Below, one piece after another: positions 13,447 to 26,800 of a stretch of 64,000 nucleotides of DNA. Below the pieces are notes generated by a model that was given only the letters and a program-made list of their open reading frames with translations, searched no databases and was not told the origin of the DNA. Positions within the stretch are counted from its first letter, which is position 1, and each line of letters starts with the position of its first letter. This DNA is from Ruditapes philippinarum (lineage: Eukaryota), in NCBI RefSeq assembly GCF_026571515.1, contig NW_026855183.1, forward strand, positions 372,001 to 436,000. The letters run 5' to 3'. A program made the position numbers and the translations under genes.

Positions 13447-14149
13447 AGATAAAAAGGAAAAAACTCGTTAATTAAATATTTTTTGTCTTAATATTTACTT
13501 CATCATAATAGAAAAAAATGAAAGAGTTCGCTGTAAGTGTTAATTGAAAATAGTTCAAACCATACGAATTGAAATAACATAAACAATTTATATGGAGCAA
13601 CTTGAGTGCGTGTTCCATAAAAACTTACATTCAAAGTTTGAAATCTAGACTCGATTTTCTGAAGCTGCTACAGAATGTAAAGTTGTAAAAACTAACTCAT
13701 TATTTCAAGGGAATTTAACAGCATCATTATGAATATTGGCTATGGTCACGTAACATATTTTGTTGACAACGAGTCTAACGTCTTGGTTTCAGAGTATATA
13801 TGTATGGGAATATCCGTTGTAACTATAAAAGGAAAACAATGAAGCATGTGTGCAAAAATAAATCATTGAATTTGAATAAACGTATCTCACTTTAAACCAC
13901 ACGTTTTTCAAAAGAAAAATCTTTTTAATGCATTAATTTCATGCGGTACACATATTGAATGAAATCAAAGAAATAAAAGAAAATAAAACAACACATCAGC
14001 ATTATTCATATAATATATATCTGATTATTACGTAGATGATAAGAGAAAAAATAAAAGTTTTGTTAAAACTATTTTTGGTTTATTTTTAATTTTCCCTGCC
14101 CTTATATTTTTTTTAAAATTCAGATTGTTTTGTGAATGTTTCCCACATT

Positions 14150-17100
14150 TTATGTTGCAGTAAAATTTCAACAGCTGTGTTTTTGTGTGGGATCATTAAC
14201 CCTTTACATTTGGACCACACAAATCCACTTACAAAATTTGTTAAAATTTTTGGGGGACTGTCCCTTATGAAAATCCATATCGGGACCCCATAATTTTCCC
14301 AGCCTTTGCAATAAATGTGAAGCCAATGTCTCCTTTTGTTGCATCTGTGATATGCGTTATGTTTATCAACGGATTCGTCTTACTGAAAAATAAATGTACG
14401 AATGTATTGTAAAATAATTTCTTTGTTATCAGACTTATTTTGTGGCCCTTTATATCGTTTCAAATTCTACAAAAATGTAAATCGTCACAGTAAAAGGGGC
14501 AATAACTTTTGATAATCATTAAGAAAATATCCAGTCATAAAGTAAAAAGGAATCACAACACATAGCTAAATGTGTAAATGTGCTTGCAAAAGATTAAGCC
14601 CGGTTTGCTAAACTTTTTGACGGAGAAAACAAAGAAATATCATACTTTACCTTTTAATATATAGCTGATTCAGTTATTAAGTAATTATAAGATAATTCTC
14701 AATTTCTGTCATATAGATAAAATATAGATAGAAAGACATCTTGTCATTCAGATTTTAACTGAGGAACGAGAAGTTAGTCTTAAGAAATTTGGTTTTAACA
14801 TGTTTATACCTCAATCAACAGTCAGAATTGTTGATAGGTCCTTAGTTTAAAGAAAAACTTTGACTACCCGTTTTCTTTATGTTTCTCTATTATTGTAAAA
14901 CCATGACTTCATGAATCCTAAGATTTTACATTGGTACGTAAATGAAACAAATAACAGAAAACATATAGCATCATATTTTCACTGTCTATGATAATGTTGT
15001 ACACTGATCTCTGATATTAAAACCATCGCAATAATGATAAGAAAAAAAATATTATAAGGCATTTTTTATGCTTCAGATTTCTTAGACTGACCTGATTTTA
15101 CATCGCAAATTTCTATTTGAAGTTACCATACGAACTTCTATTGCTGTATCCAGGTCAAATATTTCTTTATTGCCGTCTTTGATGTATCCCGGGCATCGAA
15201 ATTCGATACAAGCTCCCCTTAAGGTCAGATCCGTCTTTCTAGGATCAGGAGTTGGCCCTGTAGACGTATGAAAAAAATTTTCATCCCCTTTTGGGACGTT
15301 TTTTTTAAATGATTTTTTTTGAAAAAAAATCTTTATTCAAATGTATCCCCTTTATCTGAAAATAAACAATACTTTTTTTTATATTCATTTTTAAAAAATG
15401 GTTTTTTCATTATTTTTAAATTTTCCATATATATCGGTAACGGAAAAGTATCTCTAGAAAGAATTTTTAAGAGTTTTAAAAAAAGTCTAAGCAAATAAAT
15501 CTTTACGTGTGAGATATCAAATATAACCGTTAAATGTGTGTTTCCGAATATGTATACACCTTACAAATTAAGATAAATGTGTTTTTGTTATGTATTTATA
15601 ACACTAGAATATTTTCAATACTGGTATTATTATAAGATAAATGAAATGCAACTTACATCAACTCGTACTTTCATGAAACAAGACCTGAATGCTGATTTCT
15701 CAGGTGAAACAGGATACCAAGACATTTTCTTATCATAAACCCCTTCACCGGCAACATAATTATGCCCTGGGGCTTTTGTGAATGGTGCAAACTTAAATTG
15801 GAACGTCTGATCATTTATGCCTACTCTGTTACATCTTCCTCCACTGACCTTTTGATACATCGGACCTTCACACACTGTACCAGGTGTGTACATACTGCAA
15901 TCTATCGATCTCCCTAAATCTCTTGACTCAAAAAGTTATTTCATTGTCCAATTTGTTTCTCTTATATATAACGGTGGGTATGGGTAGGTGGTGATTGGCG
16001 GCATAAAATCTTTCTTTACCGTTTGCTGACCAACATGAATATTACTAATTGATCACAAAACACTTGAAGGCAAGTGTGCCCATTTTTCAAATATGTCGCT
16101 GTATTCGCACCAATATATGAGGAGTTGTCTAACTCTTTGACATATGCTTTAATTTCAATGTCCCCACCAGTATATGCTTCTTTAAGTCTCATATCTGTAT
16201 AAACTGATATGCTTGCGTAACATATTCCCGCTTTTGGTGTCCTTCGTACGACATTCTCATACATTTTGACACTGTGGTCGCAATTAGTATACCGTCCTGT
16301 CCAAACGCGTTCATAATGACATCGTTGAACTTACAGATCTGGAATCGCTTGGCGGATGGAAGGAAAGCTTCAATGCTTACAGCTTCAAGAAGCTTCCTTC
16401 TGGTATTAGATTGTCTGTTTATATTTCATCTTGGCTGTTTCTACCCAAACGCCTTTATTGTTGTCATAATCCCATAATGATAAATCGGGATCTCCATTTT
16501 CATCATGTTCAATATTAAATTGTATTTAAAAAAATACAACATTAACAGCAGCAAAGGTTATTATTAAATTCATTCGGGGTATGTTATTAAACATGTTTTG
16601 TATAATTATAAAATGTTTATATATTTAAATGCACTTAGGACGTTTTTTTTTTCTTAAAAAAACAGCTGTTGTTTGCAACAGAAATATACTTACAAAACAG
16701 TTTAACAATATATTATGAATTCCATCTTAAATTATATATATATTAGCATTGTCTGAAGCTATCGAAAATATAAAAAACACTACCTGTTTTACTAAGATTC
16801 GCCATTGTATTCGCAGATGACTCCAGTGCATTGAAATCAGCAATTGGTAATATCCTTGAAGAAGCATTAGTTATTTTGATGAAATTTCCTATCGCAGAGT
16901 CTCCAGCCATGTTAAGAATAAAACATCTTATTCGTTTTGTTTTTAGCAAAGTGCTAATTCTTAAGGCTTCTAGTTCGCTGATTGGCGAGTGAGTCAGAAT
17001 TATTAGTGCTTTCGGTATGCATTTCCTGTCACCAGCTGAATCTGAAAAGCCATTCTTGATTGAAAATTCGATAGCAGTAGAAACATCAATATTCCCTATG

Positions 17101-17486
17101 CTGTACCACATGTATGTTATTGTTTGATTCATCAGCTGGATGTCGTTAAAGGCGTCTAAATTGAACTTGCTGTTGGCAGTGGAGCCGAATGTAAAGAGGC
17201 TTATCAGTGTGTATTTGGTAAAAATCTGCTCTACGAATTCTAAGGCAAATTTCGTCTCATTGTCAAAGTTCTGAGAGCGATAGCTATCGGATGAATCCAT
17301 AAGCAAAGCAACATCCATTATCGGCCGGCCTGTAATTAAACCCATATATAGCTAAACAATACAGTTTTATCTTCATGGTAACTCATACAAAATTCGTCAA
17401 AACATTTAGAACTTACCATTTTCCGAATATACCGAACAAAAAATTGTCAAATACATTAAACATACAAGCGATGTTTTTCCACCCAT
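14150..17486 (-). pseudogene. VWA-CILP-like gene, copy 1 (internally deleted, frameshifted)
   Basis: Intact signal exon 17486-17417 (MGGKTSLVCLMYLTIFCSVYSEN) and intact VWA exon 17329-16784. Homology to copy 2 then resumes abruptly mid-exon at ~16522 (copy-2 position ~26263); the TSP1, Ig and mid-region exons are absent. Indels occur in the remaining exons. Confidence 0.8.
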
Positions 17487-17524
17487 TTTGAATGGATGTA
17501 TCGTTAGCGTTAGGCTCACCTTTT

Positions 17525-17533
17525 CTATTTATA
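17525..17533 (-). promoter_or_regulatory. Putative TATA box of CILP-like copy 1
   Basis: cctccTATAAATAG on the minus strand ~40 nt upstream of the ATG; the same context is conserved in copy 2. Confidence 0.5.
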
Positions 17534-20500
17534 GGAGGCACAGTTGCAAAGGAGGAATTTCATTTCCCTGTCGAGCTGTGTGAGTTTTATATAAAGTCAA
17601 GTTAGCTTTTTGAAGTGATACAACAAGTCAAGATGTCGAACATATTGATAACCGCATTGTGTGTGTGTGTGTGTGATTTACCTCACATGGACAGACACTG
17701 AGATAAACAATTATATCGAAAAAAAAATCAACATAATCATGAAAGTAATATTCAATTCCTTTTTAAGAAATACAAAAATGAAATGGTAAAACAAGTTCAA
17801 TAACAATTTTCAGTATCAATATTTTCATTGACATTATATTTTACAGCTGAAATTATTTGATTTTATTCTGCTTTCTTCAAATTCATTAAGTGAGTCTCGT
17901 GGAACAAAAAAACAATTTTTTTTTTATTTTCGAAAAAGCATTTAATACCAGTAACAACTAAATAAATACATAACATCGAACAAAAAACATGTTGATAAAT
18001 ACAGAAATAGAGGGCAAACATTTGTCTTGGGTATATATTTTCGTATTAGATGGCATCAAATTTTGTATTAAATGGCAACATAAGTTTTGTGCAAGCATTG
18101 ATCTGTATTATTTTTTTTTTTCCATTGTTCGTCTCCAATGAAAACTAGAGGAAAGACAGATAACATGACATCGCATATTCTTAAATTAACCACCGTTATC
18201 TGCAGCGCAAGTAACAATTTCGTGCCCTACTAGAGCAAATAAAAATGCAGGTTGTTTTAGGTGCATGCACTTAAATGTATTATTACAAAACTAGGGGCAT
18301 TTTAAATAGACCTATTTTTTTTATCAAGATCCTTGAACTCCTGAAATTTAATCTCAATTGGACGTTTGCTTGGAAAGCTTGTAACTTCAGTTGTAAACAA
18401 ATGAAGTTTATTGAAATAACATTAACTTGATTGATGTAAAAAAGCATATAACAATTCAGTAAACTACATGCTATTTCGCAAATTTGTTGCCATGGCAAAC
18501 TCGACGAAACTAAAACTTATTGCTATAAGGAAATGGCTCTTTATCTAGATTTTAAAAAAAGTGAAAACCAGTACAATTTTATAAACGCAAAAAACCCACA
18601 TAAAGTCATTCCTTTGGTGAAATTTAGCTTTTAATATCAGGTCTGCCTATTATCCCATTTATGTTATCGCAATAAAACAAACAGACTATTTCATTAGATC
18701 TGAAATTTACGTTGAAGATATTGGATATTTGACAGTTTTTTACAAACACATGCATGTAGAATGTAGAAAATAATGTCATATATAACGCTATAGATCGTGT
18801 ACAAATGATACTTGATGTAAACTTGAAGAATATAACTCTTTTACGTTAGAATCATACATCATGATTGTCAGTTCTTCGGTTAAATCAATTCATACATATT
18901 TATATTGCTATAATTCATACAGTTATCAATTAGAAATCATATTTATGTGCCACTGTATGACACTAATTCCTCCATTTTGCGGCATGTATGCATTCATTGT
19001 CCTTGTTGGCTGCACTTGCTTGTACCTTAGATCATGAAGTGTTTCTATTTTAGGATTAGGGTTATCAAGCTGTCGTCATTTCATGATAATATATGTTAAA
19101 TAGACCTACTATCTTGTCTGATGTTAGCCTAGTGACAATTCAAATATCTACAGGAGGTTTTCTTGAAGGGTTCATATCTTTCTGTTTAGGTCTAATATTA
19201 AACGTTCAAAGCAATGTTTAATAACATTGAACCTTAAAGAAAATATATCCCATTAACAATTTAGATTGAGCTTAGATGTGAAGAACAAAATTACCAAAAA
19301 TATATTAATGAGCCCATTTATTTCTAAAATTGTAAGCCGATTTTATAAAACGATAAAATCATTCTATATTTGTGACACCAGTTTCAATAAAATTTCTGCG
19401 ATATGAAAGAAATTATTTTTCAGTAGAGATTAAATTTGTTTTATTAAATAATATGATTGAAACAATGTCACACGATTTTGAAAAAGTGTGTATGTAATAC
19501 CTTATTCATTTTGTTAGAAGTCGATAACGCTTTATACTTTTCTTAAATATCAGTGATACAGCTATTTTCTGATTAACTCGCTACATGTCATGACATAGAA
19601 GCTCAAACGTTAACTTAATACTTTTGAAATGAACTTCTTTCTGTAAAATACAGTCATTTATGGAATGTTACATCGATAAAGATAATTATCAAGGTGTCTA
19701 GACATTATATTTTGCAACAAGATGATTAAATCTAAAGAGCTAACCATTCTGGTTACAGAGAAGATTTGCAAAACTTTAAACCATTGATTTATTTTCGTCC
19801 TTAAGAGATATTTGTTTTAGCATAACATCTCTTTCAAATGTAACAACACGACGGAACCATTAACGTAGGTGGACACTACATGTATAAAATTTGTGTCTGC
19901 TGATAGAAACGGAATTAATTACAAACACACATATGCACACATCATATGTAGCTAAGTGTGTTAACTTAAGTGCTAATTAACACAACATGATATTAATTTA
20001 TATTAATAACAGCTCCTACCATGGTCCAAAATACGAATCATTCCATAAAAGACGACACCGCTCACCGGCGTCGAGAATGATATGGTTAAGTAATAAATAA
20101 CAAAAGGTTATCATAGATGCTTTGTTTTGATGCCTTCGTGCCATTTCATTAAAAAAGTGTAAGAGTTATTTTCCTAAAAAAAGCCGTTACCTTTGCCGCC
20201 CACGAATAGACTCAAATCGAGTCAGCAAAAAAAGTTAATTGTCTGCTTTTGAGCATTCTTAAAGATTAACATTATTTTACAATAATTATACAATACCAAA
20301 GAAGGAAATATTTGAAACACGTAAAGACAAAAAAGATGAAATAAAGAAAAACCGAGATTTGAAATAAAGTATCGTTTATCGTACTCACAACAACACTTTG
20401 TCCGGAATGCTGATGGATTTCTTACCATCATCTAGTAAGTGGTCTTTAACAAGGTCTTTTATCTATGTCGTCCACAAATGTTTTGCCATAGAAGGTGATA

Positions 20501-21279
20501 TAGAAAAAAGAAGTCAGTTGCTGACACAATAATTAACAATGAAAGTCTCTTCATTTGTGTTCTTTTTTATGAAAACTTTAAAATTGTGCTTAAGTGTACG
20601 TCACATTTAGTGATTCAATATATACATAGCAATTACATCCATCTGGTCATTAAAAAGCAGAAATAACTCTTACTTTGTTAGTCTTATGCAGATGTTGATG
20701 ACAAATATAGTCAATTTTGTTACATTTTTAATTCGTTTTATTGACACTGTTATAAGGGATGTTAAAACTATCGATACTATTTATTTGAAATTAGCATTTT
20801 TAAGATTTGTTTATCTCTTCGTAAATTGTCATTTTAATAAGATTAGTTTTAGTCGCTGCTGCTTTGTAATTATCACTATACATAATTTAGTTCTATTAAG
20901 TAAAAACTTTTGTTCCTAATAACTTAGATATTCAAAACATAAGTTTACATGTTTATAAAATTTGGAATATTTATTCACACATGCAGGACCTCCCGCTAAC
21001 TACAACACTGACCCTTATCTCCAAATTAACGAAGCAAAATGGCATAACAAATTTAGTTGCAAGATAAATTCATCAAACATGCAAGCTATTATCCACATTT
21101 TAATGTATATGATAATTTTGAAAGGTATGATTTTATATAGTTTAAAAATACATCTGCATTCATTGCATTTGAAAGAAAGTCCAATGTTTCATATTAATTC
21201 TAATTGACTATTGATAGCATAATATTTTAACATTATTATGACTGTGTATTTAAAACTAACTGTATTGTTTTAATGTCAG

Positions 21280-22891
21280 GTTGCGATGCACAACAACGCA
21301 ACTTTACGTTTGCCAGTACAACGATAACAGCCGAGAAACTACAAGAAAAGGTCAATGACTACAGCCAGTGCTACGTTGATGTTGTCGTCCATAATTCATC
21401 GTCCTTTCAATTTGGACTGTTAAATGCTACAGTTATAGCGTTAACAAATGATTCTGGTAAAGTTTACTACGCCGACGGGCTAACGGATATTAACGGTCAT
21501 GTTTGTCTTCCTGTTCTCTGTCATAAAGCAATTCGTATTTTTGTAGAGAAAAATTCTGTTCGAATTTCTGCACTTAATAAAACGATGCAACAGATAAATA
21601 TTCCAAGAGGATTTAGTGTAAAATTTGAAACAAATAATGAAGTGATATTATTTTATGCATATGCATGGGGAACAGTAGCCGGTAGGTCCGGTCCCGTTTA
21701 CAGTACAAAAGAAAAAGGAAAATGCAACGCAGCTCTAACAAGCGATTATCATCTTGTGTTTTCTTACATTGCTATTCCCGACAGACTATTGTCGACACTT
21801 CCTCCACCTACTAACCCAGATGATCCTAATGATCCGAAGTTTGGAAATGCTTGGAGATATGGTATGACGGGCTCCAGACGATCATGCTTTTTTAAAATTA
21901 AAATAAAGGTTGGTTCAAAATATCAATTCTGGTTTACAATTAATGTCAAACTCTTGCATTTATCTTTTGTTTTTGCACATTAACTTCAAACTAAATTTTT
22001 TTGCAATGTAGGATTATAATCATTTGTACATTTAAATGGCTTATCCGTCCGAATAATGTTTTGTTTCCGGTTATAACAATTTTTTGACCTATACGATTAT
22101 GAAAATGATTACTAATATCGTATTTCATTGCATTTCAGACCCTCTCAACGCAAGTCAAAATAAGTGCATACAGCAAACTGGATAATGCAAGTGGAACGGT
22201 GTATGGCTTATTTGAAACTGGGCCAAAATACGACGTTAATGCTGCTGATTACACGGATAAGGCAGCTTGTGTAGAGTTCAGATGCCCGGCTATTGGTACA
22301 TTGTATGGTGTCGAAATGTCTACCTATATCGAAGGAAATATCGAGGTACCAGGACATTCCAACGGATGCTGCATAAGGTCCTTTTCTAATTTTGTTGTAG
22401 ATCTATTTGAGAAGAATTATGTAAAGTATACAGAGTTTTATTACTTTGCAATGTACTTTATATATTTATCATTTAACTATTTAGTTAGATTAATGAAGTA
22501 CAAAAATCAGCGGAGGCCGGGCACTCCATTTGCTTTAAACAGCGTTCTCCATTTTATTTCAATAAATTCAAACATCTTAAAGAATGTGTTACGGTATTAT
22601 ACTTATGGATATGAATAACTTATCGCTATTGCTTTCAGCAACATTCGATCAGGAAATATCTTCAACGTTGAACGCACAAAATTCAACACGGTATTAGCAA
22701 TGACCAGCACGGACAACTACGGCTCCGAAAAGGGAATCTACATTAACCAAGATCCGCGTGTTGCACGTGCAAAATGCTTCACTGGTCGTGAATTTCTAGG
22801 CTCTGAGTATGCAATGAATGTTAATGTAGGATATGCATTTGAATATGATTGTCAACAGGACCAACAATGTTCTTTTGTTCTTGGTAAATAA
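21280..22891 (+). CDS. Protein homologous to the CILP C-terminal chain only, copy 2 (5' exon(s) not identified)
   Basis: Open exons 21280-21908 (phase 1/0), 22139-22377 (phase 0/2; an alternative phase-2 donor exists at ~22426) and 22639-22891, with AATAAA overlapping the stop. Motifs shared with the neighbouring CILP C-terminus: NGHVCLPVLC/NGHTCLQVFC, GPVY/GPMY, RSCFFKIKI/RSCFMKVRV, AACVEFRCP/GACIEFRCP, NYGSEKGIY/NYGSRYGIF, FEYDC/VEFDC. Confidence 0.75.
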
Positions 22892-23130
22892 AGATAAAAA
22901 AGGAAGAAAACACGTAAATTGAATATTCTTTTAAACTATTTTATCGTTATGACTTTTCTAAGAGTTTTACTAAATCAGGAACCGAACATTGAGTGATGTA
23001 TACACATGTTCTAACCAGTTCAGCTGCATAACAATTAATCTGATGTTATCCGATTACGCATATCCTGAAAGCTTCCAACATGTGTGATTATTATCATTTT
23101 TCATAAGATTGAACATATGTGCACTATATG

Positions 23131-23215
23131 CAAGTAAGTAAGTAAGTGAGTGAGTGAGTGAGTGAGTGAGTGAGTGAGTGAATGCGTGTGTGAGTGAGTG
23201 AGTGAGTGAGTGAGT
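23131..23215 (+). repeat. (AAGT)/(GAGT)n microsatellite
   Basis: Directly visible tetranucleotide run; lies in sequence absent from the copy-1 intergenic region. Confidence 0.95.
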
Positions 23216-23816
23216 AAAGACTTTATTTATCGAGGCAACACATTTGGTTTCTCAATCTTCTACGTTGGCCTCTAAACATATAACAATGTGTTCTATTTGA
23301 ATCCGAGTGGTTTACCTTAAACAATGTTTTAACATTTTACCGCTTCGGAATGTAAGGTTGTAAAAGATAACTCATTATTTCAAGGGATGTAATAACATCA
23401 TTATGAATATTGGCTACGATCGCGTATCATGTTTTGTTGACAATGAGACTTACGTCATTTGTTCTCAACTACGGTTTCACATTATATACGTATGTGAGTA
23501 TGCATAGTAAATATCAAAAGAAATCAAAGAAGCATTTGTGCATAAATCACTCATTGAATTTGAAAACACGCATCTCTCTTTGAACCAAACGTTTTTTTTC
23601 AAAACAAATCTTTTTAAAGCACATATATTGAATGAAATCCAAGAAATAAAATAACACATCAGCATTATTCATATAATATATATCTGATTATTACGTAGAT
23701 GATAAGAGAAAAAACATAATAAGCATATTGTTAAAACTAGTTTTGGTTTTATATAATTTCCTGTCCTGTTATATTTGTTTCAAATGTCAGATTGACTTGT
23801 GAATGTTTCCCACATC

Positions 23817-26800
23817 TTATGTGCAGTCAAATTCAACAGCTGTGCTTTGTGTCGGATCCATTAAGCCCTTTACATTTGGACCACGATCAAATCCACTATC
23901 ACAGAATTGTTCAACTTGTTTTGGGGTACTGTCGCTAATGAAAATACCATATCTGGATCCATAATTTATCCCTGCCTTTGCAATAAATGTGAAGCCAATG
24001 TCTCCTTTTGTTGCATCTGTGATAGGCGTTATGTTTATCAACGAATTCGTCTTACTGAAATATTAAATGTACGAATGTGTGGTAAAAGTGATAATATATT
24101 TTTTATATATTTGATATCTGATTTATCTGGTAGCCATTGAAATCGTTTCAAATTCTACAAAAATGTCAATCGTCACGGAAAAAGTGGTAATAAACATTAG
24201 ATAAATATGAGAGAATTCTTCAATCATTAAAGGAATCACAACACATACGTAGATGTGTAAATATGATTGCAAAAGACTTAACCCGGTTTGATAAACGCTT
24301 TGACGTAGAAAAGTACAAATGAAACAAAATATCATTCACTTATTAATATATAGCTGATTACGTTATTAAGTAATTATAAGATAATTATCATTTTCTGTCA
24401 TATAGATAACGTAAAAATAAAAGTCATCTTGTCATTCAGATTTTAACTGAGGAACGAGAAGTTAGTCTTAACAAATTTGGTTTTAACAATTAATATCTCA
24501 ATCAACAGTCAGAATTGTTAGTAGGTCCGCCCAGGAAAAGCAATGATTTGACTCATATTACGTCAAACACCACCAGTACACATGTTTATAAAATAGTCTA
24601 AAGGAAAGCGTTGACTACCCGACTTCTTTATGTTTCTCAATTATTGTAAAACCTTGACTTCATGAATCCTAAGATTTTACATTGGTACATAAATGAAACA
24701 AATAACAGAAAACACATAACATCATAGTATCACTGTCTATGATACTGTTGTACACTGGTCTCTGATATTAAAACCATCGCAATAATGATATGAAAAAAAT
24801 ATTATAAGGCATTTTGTATGCTTCAGATTTTTTAGACTGACCTGATTTTACATCGCAAGTTTCGATTTGAAGTTACCATACGAACTTCTATTGCTGTATC
24901 CAGGTCAAATATTTCTTTATTGCCGTCTTTGATGTATCCCGGGCATCGGAATTCGATACAAGCTCCCCTTACAGTCAGATCCGTTTTTCTAGGATCAGGA
25001 GTTGGCCCTGTAGAGTATGATCCAAATTCATCCCCGTTGACGTCTTTTAAATGACTCTTTGCAAAAAATCGTATATCAAATGTATCAACTATCTGAAAAT
25101 AAAACAATACAATTTTTGTTCATTTCATATTCATTCTTTAAATAGTTTGTCATTAAACAATCCCATATGTATTGGTGACGAACAAATATCTCTAGAAATA
25201 ATGGAATGAGTTTTAAGAAGACTCTAAGCTAAAAAAAAAGCTTAACGCATAAGATATCGAATATGACCATTCAATGCGTGTATCCGAATATGTATACACC
25301 TACAAAAGTTGAGATAAACATGATATTGTAATGTATTTATAACACTTGAATATTTCCATACTGGTATTATGAACTTGCATTATTATTAGGTAAATGAAAT
25401 GCTACTTACATCAACTCGTACTTTCATGAAACAAGACCTAAATGTTGATTTCGCAGGTGAAACAGGGTACCAAGAAAGTTTCTTATCATATACGCCTTCA
25501 CCGGCAACATAATTATGCTCTGGGGCTTTTGTGAATGGTGCAAACTTAAATTGGAACGTCTGATCATTTATGCCTACTCTGTTACATCTTCCTCCACTGA
25601 CCTTTTGATACATCGGACCTTCACACACTGTACCAGGTGGGTACATACTGCAATCTATTGATCTCCCTAAATCTCTTGACTCAAAAAGTATTTCATTGTC
25701 ATTTGTGTCTCTTATATATCCCGGGTATGGTAGGTGGTGATTGGCGGCATAAAATCTTTCTTTACCATTTCTTACAACATGTATATATACCAATTTATCG
25801 CAAAACACTTGAAGGCAAGTGTGCCCATTTCTCAAATATGTCGCTTTATTTGCACCAATATATGAGGAGTTGTCTAACTCTTTGACATATGCTTTAATTT
25901 CAATGTCCCCACCAGTATATGCTTCTTTAAGGTTCATATCTGTATAAACTGATATGCTTGCGTAACATATTCCCGCTTTTGGTGTCCTTCGTACGACATT
26001 CTCATATATTTTGACACTGTGGTCGCAATTAGTATACCGTCCTGTCCAAACGCGTTCATAATGAACATCGTTGAACTTCAGATCTGGAATCCTTGGCGGA
26101 TGGAAGAAAGCTTCAATGCTTACAGCTTCAAGAAGCTTCCTTCTGGTATTAGATTGTTGTTTATATTTCATCTTGGCTGTTTCTACCCAAACGCCTTTAT
26201 TGTTGTCATAATCCCATAATGATAAATCAGGATCTCCATTTTCATCATGTTCAATATTAAATTGACTTGCATCAAGTGTAAATTTCAAAGGTTTATTGAC
26301 TTTGAGTTCTTTTCCTTTGTCATCTTCAATACTCAACTGAAACATTCCATAAGTCTTTAAAGGAACTTTATCCCCTCCAGGCGATTCGCTTTCAAAGTCT
26401 CCATTTGCAGATTCAATATCATCCCTATTCCTCGGATCCATAAAATGCAGTATCGTTTTGGCAGTACCATTAAAAGGCTGTCCATCTGGCGTGACGATAG
26501 CATTTGTAGGAATCGACAGTTGTCCTGCTGGGGGCATCCCAGATGGACCTGTCCCTAAATGTATTTCAGTGCCGTTTTCAGTGTGGAACGGTATTGGTTG
26601 TGGACGTAGTGGAATAACTATTGTGGAAAATGTTTCCCCTCCTTCTTTAACCTGGATTATTTTTGTGGTGTCCATGAATTTTTTAAATACTTTGTCATGA
26701 AAAGTAGCTACAACACGCTTTATTCCTTTAGGTACATCGAATTTAAAAAATCCTGCAGCATTTGTTGTTGCTGCAATTTTACCATTAACAAGAACTTGTC

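Noticed and set aside
20686-21207. ORFs as upstream exons of the C-chain gene copy 2
   Set aside because: The homologous copy-1 sequence is intronic and contains stops; no phase-1 donor linking to 21280 was identified.
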